Positions 25,501-31,807 of a stretch of 33,496 bases of DNA are shown one piece after another. Each line of letters starts with the position of its first letter. Within the stretch, counting starts at the first letter, position 1. The notes beneath the pieces were generated by a model. It saw only the letters and a program-made list of their open reading frames with translations. It had not been told where the DNA came from and ran no database searches. This DNA is from an uncultured Lachnospiraceae bacterium (GTDB lineage: Bacteria; Bacillota; Clostridia; HGM11327), in contig CAYOGO010000001.1 in assembly GCA_964403405.1 (NCBI GenBank), forward strand, positions 1 to 33,496, given 5' to 3'. The position numbers and the translations under genes were made by a program.

Positions 25501-25519
25501 ATATGTTTTCCTCAACGAA

Positions 25520-26206
25520 TTACATCGTCATAATATCCATAGCGAACGGATTGCAGACAACGATCTTCTGCAATTCGCCGCCACGAATGAGGTTCATAAA
25601 GTTTGTAACGCCGAGAGCACAAATTACCCTAACTGTAGGGGCGACACCGAGCTCTGTGCCGCAGGCTGTTACAGGAGTAGCCTCGTGTGCTTCGTCGTGA
25701 GAGAAAGCCATCGACTTGATAAGATTGTCCACCTGACGCATATCGCCCCAGTCTGCGGCGTAATGCTGTGCATCTTCAAGACGCGTTCTGAAATCAAACA
25801 CGGCTTTGATTGCCTTGTTCATACGATTCTTCTCGCAGATTTCACGTCTCAAGTCGATATTATCAACGGCAAGGAACACGTAACCGTTGAGCTTCTGATC
25901 TGTGTATCCCTGCCCGAACACCTCTATGGTGCTTTCCGCTTCGGGGTTGATATCACAGATGATTTTCTTAACTGCTTCAACCTTAGGTTTCTTGACGTCG
26001 CTCTGTACGAACATCTGATTTGCAAGGTTGTGCGGCTCGACAATGTCGAAATCATAAAGAACGAATTTCGTCACGCCGAGTCTTGCGAGATTTTCTGCGA
26101 CAGTAGATCCCACGCTGCCACAACCGATGATGTGGCACTTGCCACGTACGTTGACCGGATCAAAGTATTCGATAGACTTTGTTAAATCCATTAGTGCCAC
26201 CCCCAT
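25520..26206 (-). CDS. minimal ThiF/MoeB-type E1-like adenylyltransferase (~223-228 aa)
   Basis: [38 protein letters not shown] is a Rossmann/ATP loop of the E1 superfamily. The start is at 26206 or the TAATG-coupled 26191. Confidence 0.8.
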   Translation of the reverse strand: MGVALMDLTKSIEYFDPVNVRGKCHIIGCGSVGSTVAENLARLGVTKFVLYDFDIVEPHNLANQMFVQSDVKKPKVEAVKKIICDINPEAESTIEVFGQGYTDQKLNGYVFLAVDNIDLRREICEKNRMNKAIKAVFDFRTRLEDAQHYAADWGDMRQVDNLIKSMAFSHDEAHEATPVTACGTELGVAPTVRVICALGVTNFMNLIRGGELQKIVVCNPFAMDIMTM

Positions 26207-27102
26207 TCTCTCGAGTAGAACGGATCACTCGGGTCTTCGTCAACCCCATAGTAATCATCGTCGTCATCTCTTACGTTTGTGCTTTTTGTGTCGTTTTTTT
26301 TACTGTATCCAGTTCCTGCGGCGGACGGAGTTTTAGCCGTCGGCTTCTGAGAACCACCATACGAGTTTCCGCCGTATGAACTTCCGTTGTACGAACCTCC
26401 ATATCCATTGTAGGAACTGCCGTAACTCTTACCGCCGTAAGACGAAACAGTCTGCACAGCAACTTTCTTTGCCTCCAAAACGAAATTGTCAACGGTATCG
26501 CCGTCGTCGAGCATCACCATCATATCAATTTCCTTGGCAGTCGTCGAATACATAGCGTTGTACGTTAAATCGTAGATTTCTGCGCTCCAATCGTGACTTT
26601 TGTTGATGATGAGGAAGATGTAGAATGTATCGTTATTGGCATCGGGTTTAGGAAGCTGGGTGATAACGTCCTTGCGATAATCGGTATCGGTTACGGACGG
26701 AGATACCGGCATATTGACGTGAGAATGTCCGTGGAAACGGAGCGCGTTAAATTTTTCGTCGTCAAGACCGTTAATCCAGTTGGAATATTTCTCCTGATCG
26801 GATGTAACGGTTGCGGCGGTTACAGTGTGAGGAGGAACAAGAATATCGTAAATCTCAAACTCACACTCGGAGAGACGTCTGACTAAGCCGTGCCACTGAA
26901 CCTCCGTAGAAAATTCAGAGACGAGAGCCGTCATCTTAATCCACGCCATAGGCGTGAAGTAAAGCAACGCACATCTGTCGTCGCTCTTAAAATTCTGTCG
27001 GATGTCAATGCTACCATAGCACTTCGAGTTGAGAATCTGCGCTCTCAAGGCTTCGATAATGCGTGTAGCCTCATCCTGCGGTACATAAATTGGCTTAGCC
27101 AT
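26191..27102 (-). CDS. JAB/MPN (JAMM) metallopeptidase with S/Y/G-rich low-complexity tail
   Basis: JAMM motif H126-S-H128-x7-S136-x2-D139 (nt 26686-26727). C-terminal SSYGGKSYGSSYNGYGGSYNGSSYGGNSYGG is followed by an acidic DDDDDYYGVDED stretch. Confidence 0.8.
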   Translation of the reverse strand: MAKPIYVPQDEATRIIEALRAQILNSKCYGSIDIRQNFKSDDRCALLYFTPMAWIKMTALVSEFSTEVQWHGLVRRLSECEFEIYDILVPPHTVTAATVTSDQEKYSNWINGLDDEKFNALRFHGHSHVNMPVSPSVTDTDYRKDVITQLPKPDANNDTFYIFLIINKSHDWSAEIYDLTYNAMYSTTAKEIDMMVMLDDGDTVDNFVLEAKKVAVQTVSSYGGKSYGSSYNGYGGSYNGSSYGGNSYGGSQKPTAKTPSAAGTGYSKKNDTKSTNVRDDDDDYYGVDEDPSDPFYSREWGWH

Positions 27103-28468
27103 TCTGCTGTTCTCCTTCGTTTAAGATTTTGAGAAATTCATTCACCGATACCATCTTGCCGTCGGTGAGTTTGATGCAACGCACACTTCTGTGGCGGTCG
27201 AGCCAGTTAATCATATTGCCGACAACGGTCGAGTCGCCAAAGTTCAAGTTCTTTGTCGCACCAATAGCCTGTTCAATGGCGAGTTGCCACTCTCCGCTAT
27301 CGGCATACTTGGAATAATACTGGTCGTTTCCTCCCGAACATCTGTAAAAATAAATGTGCGGGTGAGGAAGCAAATCTTCGCGGCTAAGTTCTTTATGCAT
27401 ACTGATGTATCTCATACTACCCAGAGAGAATACTGCGTTTACAACGAACACACCCTTGTGTTCTGCAAAAATTGCATTCATAACTCTCGGAATTTCGTCG
27501 GACGATGCCTCAGTATGAATATAAGATCTCTTTTTCTTGTAGATGGAAATAAACTCATCCTCATCGTAAAACTCAAGAGTCTCCGTGATTCCAAACTTGA
27601 TTGTGTCGCCATCCGTGTAAACGATATCCAGACACTTGTGACTGCTGAAAAAGTCAAACAACTCCGTAGTTGCCTCCTCGGGAGCTTCTTCAAGCGCCTT
27701 GAGCAATCTCTGGTTGTCGGACAATTGTCTGTAAAGCTTTTCCATCTCAAGCTGGTATCGTTGAATCGAGTTGATATTGTTATTGACGGCGCTTCTATAC
27801 GACGACAACTGCGTTTCCCTGATGGATTTCTCAAATCCATCGAGGTACTTGTGCAAGGACATATCTCTGAAGTCGAGCTTCTCTGCTGCACGGTTTATGT
27901 AGTCAACAAGGATGTTTTCTGCTTCAGCTTCACTCACATCCTTGTTGTTTACAGAGATAGCCTTGAAAAATGCCTGCTCTTCAGCAGAGAGTTCAGAGGT
28001 GAAATACCACCGAAACACTCTGGCAAAGGTCGAGATAAATCCTTGTATCCACTTAGCCGTAGCCTGTCTATCAACAGCGACTACAACTCTCTGCTTGTCC
28101 ACATTTACGAACACTCTGGTCTTCGCAAACTGGCTCAAGTATCTGCTGATAGGGTATGGAGGTTTATCAAGAGACTCCCAACCATCGTGTGTCAGCTCGC
28201 TCGGGAAATACCCATTTCTTGTTTCGCAGATGATAACCGCATACCCGTCTGCGTCAAACGCGGCTCTGATGTCTCGCTCATTGCTGATTCTATGCATCAA
28301 GACGGTCGATCCCTTGACAATGCTGTCAAGAGTCCATTCGGTACGCTCGATGATAATGGCTCTTAAAAACGCCACCAACGAGTAGTCGCCATTTACGGAA
28401 TTTGCTCCGCCAAGGATATTATCGGCTTCGCGACCTACCAGCCTCATCCTTTCTTTGGAAATTTGCAA
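27095..28468 (-). CDS. 457-aa protein with candidate C-terminal E2 (UBC)-like domain
   Basis: TTG start 7 nt after AAAGGGGTG. The C-terminal LPHPHIYFYRCSGG...EWQLAIEQAIG resembles the HPN...C flap plus following helix of E2 enzymes. The N-terminal ~290 aa are unrecognised, with a coiled-coil at 200-265. Confidence 0.4.
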   Translation of the reverse strand: MQISKERMRLVGREADNILGGANSVNGDYSLVAFLRAIIIERTEWTLDSIVKGSTVLMHRISNERDIRAAFDADGYAVIICETRNGYFPSELTHDGWESLDKPPYPISRYLSQFAKTRVFVNVDKQRVVVAVDRQATAKWIQGFISTFARVFRWYFTSELSAEEQAFFKAISVNNKDVSEAEAENILVDYINRAAEKLDFRDMSLHKYLDGFEKSIRETQLSSYRSAVNNNINSIQRYQLEMEKLYRQLSDNQRLLKALEEAPEEATTELFDFFSSHKCLDIVYTDGDTIKFGITETLEFYDEDEFISIYKKKRSYIHTEASSDEIPRVMNAIFAEHKGVFVVNAVFSLGSMRYISMHKELSREDLLPHPHIYFYRCSGGNDQYYSKYADSGEWQLAIEQAIGATKNLNFGDSTVVGNMINWLDRHRSVRCIKLTDGKMVSVNEFLKILNEGEQQNG

Positions 28469-28497
28469 GGTATTTCACCCCTTTCTGTCTTACCTAA

Positions 28498-28740
28498 TTA
28501 GAGCGCGAGTGCGCCATCTGCCTTGACAATGGCGTTAAGGTTCGCAGTGGAACCATCGGCAACTCTGAGCTCCTCAAAGGTCTTGCCGAAGTCTGCTGCG
28601 GAGAGGATTGCACCGTCGAGATTGACCATCGAAGTAGAAGTATCAACGCCAAGCTCGGCGAAAACCTCACGGGGAGTGGAGGTTACATCTGCGGAAACGG
28701 TGCGGCGGGTAGTGTTAGTTCTTACATTGATCGAAATCAT
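28498..28740 (-). CDS. ThiS/MoaD-like ubiquitin-like beta-grasp protein (80 aa)
   Basis: ATG at 28740 lies 10 nt after AAGGAG. VNLDGAIL...LRVADGSTANLNAIVKADG-ALAL parallels the ThiS pattern vNg..v...l.dGD.v.i...v.GG. Gly76 is followed by a 4-aa tail. Confidence 0.55.
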   Translation of the reverse strand: MISINVRTNTTRRTVSADVTSTPREVFAELGVDTSTSMVNLDGAILSAADFGKTFEELRVADGSTANLNAIVKADGALAL

Positions 28741-28826
28741 AATTACTTTTCTCCTTGAAATCAAATGTTTTTTGTTTTGTTTTTTTTGGTGTTCGTAACC
28801 CTGTTATCGCCTCAGGGGTGCCTTAA

Positions 28827-29225
28827 TTAGGCGTTGGTGATACCACCAATGAGAGCTGCTCTCTCGGTCTTGATGGTCGCAACCACTTCGGGAAGCGATG
28901 CCTCAAGAGCGTTAACGTGAGCAAGAGCTGCGCCGACAACATCGGCTACGTACTCACCAGCGTTGGGAGTACCCTCGGGAAGCTTCTCGGGAATATCGCC
29001 GGTAACGATTGCGTAACCGTCAGCGTTGACTGCGCCGAAGGTAGCGCCGTTCTTGGAGATGCAGGACTTGCCAGCAACATAGGACATACCGAAGATGTCG
29101 TTGCCATCGCTGTCCTTGATCTTCAGAGCATCGGGACGATACCTCTTGACAAGCTCAAGGTCTTCCTTCTTGATGGTGGAGGTGAGAACGTACTTTGCTA
29201 CGTCTCTGTGAAGAGTGATTTTCAT
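28827..29225 (-). CDS. hypothetical protein (132 aa) with ...LIGG-ITNA C-terminus
   Basis: ORF whose third codon positions look visibly G/C-rich compared with its neighbours. AAAGGGAAAACCT precedes the ATG. Confidence 0.7.
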   Translation of the reverse strand: MKITLHRDVAKYVLTSTIKKEDLELVKRYRPDALKIKDSDGNDIFGMSYVAGKSCISKNGATFGAVNADGYAIVTGDIPEKLPEGTPNAGEYVADVVGAALAHVNALEASLPEVVATIKTERAALIGGITNA

Positions 29226-29280
29226 AGGTTTTCCCTTTCTTTTTCTGGGCTTTGCCCGAATTTTTTGATGCTATAGCATC

Positions 29281-29355
29281 TGGTAGTGGGTACGGGAATC
29301 GAACCCGTGTCATTGCCGTGAAAGAGCAATGTCTTAACCACTTGACTAACCCACC
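29281..29355 (-). tRNA. tRNA-Glu (anticodon UUC), CCA encoded
   Basis: Anticodon loop CTTTCAC is identical to E. coli tRNA-Glu. T arm ACGGG-TTCGATT-CCCGT; acceptor GGTGGGT/ACCCACT (G1:U72); 75 nt. Confidence 0.85.
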
Positions 29356-29403
29356 GTGTACCGCTCATCTCGGAGCGGTTATTCTTTATTTTGTTTGCCG
29401 TTT

Positions 29404-29422
29404 GTTGTCTAAAAGTGGTTTA
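29404..29422 (-). promoter_or_regulatory. conserved 19-nt motif, copy 2 (TAAACCACTTTTAGACAAC)
   Basis: Lies between the stop of DGR target 2 and tRNA-Glu. Confidence 0.5.
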
Positions 29423-29441
29423 TGAGACCGAGAATTTTGTC

Positions 29442-30194
29442 TCAACTGTGAGCAGTCAAGACACAAGATTTCAAGATACAAAACGGGCGAACGCCGCCGC
29501 CGTCACAGTCGCAGCCGTTCCAGTCCAGAACGCCAAGCGAGCCGACGTAGCAAACGTTACGAGCGTATCCGCTTTCTTCGATAGCGCTCTTTCGTGTGGC
29601 AGTCCACCACCATCCGTCTGAACGAATGTGTTTGCTGTACTTTCGATAACTGTCAACCGTCATCAGAGAGATATAGTCTTCGACAAATCCGTAATCAGCT
29701 CTGCCGTCCTCTGGCGTTGTGTCAACGCGATGCTTGATGATATTCTCTGCTCCAACAACCGCAGCAAGCTCGTTGTAATATTCTTCGTTTAGATATCGAC
29801 GAACCCTGCTCGTTTCGTAATCTGCTTCGTCTCCGAAAGCCATAAAGTTTACAAAATCATAGTGTAGCAAAAGCACGTTCTCTCCGATGTAATCAAGCAC
29901 GATATACTTCCATCTGCCAAGTCTAACTTGACTGCCAACGGTAGGCAAACCATCTGCCGTACCAGATACGTTATACGAATTCATATCAATGATTTTTTGT
30001 GCAGGAACTTCTGCGGGAATAAAGTTCTGGTAGATACACCCTGTACTCTCTCCGGGCATACCTGCAAACAACGGACACCCTGCACAGCCCGTAGTTCTTC
30101 CCCAACAAAACTCTTGGATGCTATTTATCGCATCCGCTACATTTTGCGGCAACCCGATTGCCTCGGGTGTAATAGTGGTTTCTCTTTCTGACAT
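29442..30194 (-). CDS. DGR target protein 2 (remote target, 250 aa)
   Basis: The C-terminus ...WWWTATRKS...LGVLDWNGCDCDGGGVRPFCIL is paralogous to target 1 and carries VR2. GAAGGGAG SD. Confidence 0.85.
   Translation of the reverse strand: MSERETTITPEAIGLPQNVADAINSIQEFCWGRTTGCAGCPLFAGMPGESTGCIYQNFIPAEVPAQKIIDMNSYNVSGTADGLPTVGSQVRLGRWKYIVLDYIGENVLLLHYDFVNFMAFGDEADYETSRVRRYLNEEYYNELAAVVGAENIIKHRVDTTPEDGRADYGFVEDYISLMTVDSYRKYSKHIRSDGWWWTATRKSAIEESGYARNVCYVGSLGVLDWNGCDCDGGGVRPFCILKSCVLTAHS
29482..29564 (-). repeat. DGR variable repeat VR2
   Basis: 83-nt match to the TR with 10 substitutions, all at TR adenines (minus strand). It shares the same IMH-like 3' end and downstream TTTTGTATCTTGAAATCTT as VR1. 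Confidence 0.9.
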
Positions 30195-30219
30195 ATCGAA
30201 TATCTCCCTTCGTTTTATC

Positions 30220-30238
30220 GTTGTCTAAAGATGTTTTA
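30220..30238 (-). promoter_or_regulatory. conserved 19-nt motif, copy 3 (TAAAACATCTTTAGACAAC)
   Basis: 25 nt upstream of the ATG of DGR target 2. Confidence 0.5.
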
Positions 30239-30244
30239 TTTGTT

Positions 30245-30354
30245 TGGTGAAAAGGGGTGGATTTGAACCACCGAAGCCAGACAAGCCACTTGTGCACCAA
30301 GCTTATAAGGCGAAGATTTACGGTCTCCCGCTTTGTCCACTTGCATACCTTTTC
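30245..30354 (-). tRNA. aberrant 110-nt tRNA-Tyr(GUA)-like gene (39-nt variable region, C33)
   Basis: Acceptor GAAAAGG/CCTTTTC, discriminator A plus CCA, and T arm GGTGG-TTCAAAT-CCACC are canonical. Anticodon arm GGAGA-CCGTAAA-TCTTC has C at position 33. The variable region is 39 nt with the hairpin ACAAG-TGG-CTTGT. Confidence 0.5.
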
Positions 30355-30357
30355 GTA

Positions 30358-30579
30358 TTATTCTACAACTTCAAAAGTGTCCTTGAAAAGACGCGAAGTA
30401 ACCTTAACGGTTACGCTTTTGCCATACTCTACCACGGCAAAACTCCTATCGGCAATATCCTTGTCTATAATCCTCGCACCACAATTTTGGCATAACTCTG
30501 GTGTGGTTATCCGAAGATCCGCAACAATATTTCCACAACGTTTGCACTGAACGCCGTCTACAAAGCTGATTTTTGCCAC
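30358..30579 (-). CDS. small zinc-ribbon protein (73 aa)
   Basis: GTG start 5 nt after GGAGGGAG; CKRCG...CQNCG. Confidence 0.6.
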   Translation of the reverse strand: MAKISFVDGVQCKRCGNIVADLRITTPELCQNCGARIIDKDIADRSFAVVEYGKSVTVKVTSRLFKDTFEVVE

Positions 30580-30613
30580 TGCTCTCCCTCCGTTCTGTTG
30601 ATCTTTTGCAGAT

Positions 30614-30632
30614 GTTGTCTAAAAGTGTTTTA
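30614..30632 (-). promoter_or_regulatory. conserved 19-nt motif, copy 4
   Basis: TAAAACACTTTTAGACAAC begins immediately after the -10 box of the consensus promoter at 30633-30661. Confidence 0.5.
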
Positions 30633-30661
30633 ATTATAACACTTGAATTTCGGTTTGTCAA
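30633..30661 (-). promoter_or_regulatory. consensus sigma-A promoter TTGACA-17-TGtTATAAT
   Basis: Minus-strand cctcTTGACAaaccgaaattcaagTGtTATAATt has perfect -35 and -10 boxes with an extended -10. Confidence 0.75.
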
Positions 30662-30694
30662 GAGGTTTTTGAAAATTTGTCAGGATAAATTTTT

Positions 30695-30838
30695 TCAGAT
30701 CCTATCCACATACCTGACCTTTACAGTATATCCTTGGAACTCTGCTTCTCTTGCGTCGTCTACTGTATACACAGTTTTGATATGCGTTCCCCAAGAATTA
30801 TATACAAGAAACTCTCTGAATCCACTTCTTACATACAT
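30695..30838 (-). CDS. unlisted small ORF (47 aa: MYVRSGFREFLVYNSWGTHIKTVYTVDDAREAEFQGYTVKVRYVDRI)
   Basis: Below the ORF-track cut-off. ATG at 30838 lies 6 nt after AAAGGAG and directly downstream of the terminator at 30859-30893. Confidence 0.45.
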   Translation of the reverse strand: MYVRSGFREFLVYNSWGTHIKTVYTVDDAREAEFQGYTVKVRYVDRI

Positions 30839-30858
30839 AAGATACTCCTTTACTACAT

Positions 30859-30893
30859 AAGAAAAGCACCCTATTTTTCTTTAGGGTGCTTTT
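30859..30893 (-). terminator. intrinsic terminator (bidirectional shape)
   Basis: AGCACCCTA-loop-TAGGGTGCT is a 9-bp stem followed by TTTTCTT on the minus strand, 13 nt after the stop of the 30906 gene. Confidence 0.8.
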
Positions 30894-30905
30894 CAAATAT
30901 ATGTT

Positions 30906-31196
30906 TTATTTGTTATGCTTACTCCTTTGTAACGCCTTTATGATTAAAGGCACAGAGGCGACAATCAGAATAAGCCCGGGGACGAGGGCGAACATCGCTT
31001 CAAACTCCATACAATCAGCGTAAAGGTAAACTCCTATTGCCGATGCCGCTAAACCCACTAAAAGCATAGCAATTAAAGCCACTCCCTGCACTGTTGTCAA
31101 GCGTGACTTTTGTTGCTTGATCGGACACCCACAGTGAATACAGCTCTGGGCTTGATCGGATATTTCTTTTCCGCAATCTGGACATTTGATAAGCAT
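30906..31196 (-). CDS. zinc-ribbon membrane protein
   Basis: MLIKCPDCGKEIS...CIHCGCPI is followed by two TM segments. The start at the internal Met (31196) avoids overlap with the upstream gene. Confidence 0.65.
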   Translation of the reverse strand: MLIKCPDCGKEISDQAQSCIHCGCPIKQQKSRLTTVQGVALIAMLLVGLAASAIGVYLYADCMEFEAMFALVPGLILIVASVPLIIKALQRSKHNK

Positions 31197-31210
31197 TGCA
31201 CTTTCCTCTT

Positions 31211-31594
31211 TTACTTGCTTTTCGGAATCCACAAGTCTTCAACAAAGAACGTAATCTGGAACAGATCCTCACCTGCGGGATTGGTAGTGATGTTAATACC
31301 GTCGCAGAGCTTGAGAGTGTCGATAAATTCCTTGAGGCTCGCTTCTTTTTCGCCAAGAGCAAGCTCACCGCTGAACAGAACCTGAATATATCCCTGCTCA
31401 TACTTCGGCTCGAGCATACATCTGATGATCTTGCAATCATACTCTGTTTCGAGCTTCTGACAGTAGGCAATAATATCGTTCATTTTATCGCACTTGTCCA
31501 TATTAAACTCATACTTATCGTTGTTTTTGGACTTGTAATCTGCGAGAAATGCCTTAATGACATCTTTTGCAAATTCATTTTCAATAAAGTTCAC
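31211..31594 (-). CDS. hypothetical protein (127 aa)
   Basis: GTG at 31594 lies 7 nt after AAAGGAG. Confidence 0.6.
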   Translation of the reverse strand: MNFIENEFAKDVIKAFLADYKSKNNDKYEFNMDKCDKMNDIIAYCQKLETEYDCKIIRCMLEPKYEQGYIQVLFSGELALGEKEASLKEFIDTLKLCDGINITTNPAGEDLFQITFFVEDLWIPKSK

Positions 31595-31692
31595 ACGCAC
31601 ACTCCTTTCTTGCGGAGGCTGGACAGTCGCCGCACATTATTCAGTTACAACGACTATCAGGCGTTTGTGATACATTGAAAATGTTGGATATT

Positions 31693-31719
31693 GAGAAAGG
31701 CGTGTTTACGGCACACGCC
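31693..31719 (-). terminator. terminator/attenuator hairpin in a 5' leader
   Basis: Minus-strand GGCGTGT-gccgtaa-ACACGCC followed by TTTCTC, ~90-110 nt downstream of the consensus promoter at 31808-31836 and ~95 nt upstream of the next start codon. Confidence 0.5.
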
Positions 31720-31807
31720 CGAAACCGTTTGTGTAAGGCAGAGCCTTATGCACGCGGTATCTTTCGATACCATACAAAACCAACACCACTCGGTTTCGTA
31801 CAAGGTT

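Noticed and set aside
27191-28366. 391-aa plus-strand ORF, the longest plus-strand ORF in the window
   Set aside because: It is antisense to the 457-aa minus-strand gene. Its product is low-complexity (S/L/R/V-rich), it has no SD, and every neighbouring gene is on the minus strand. This is a classic shadow ORF.
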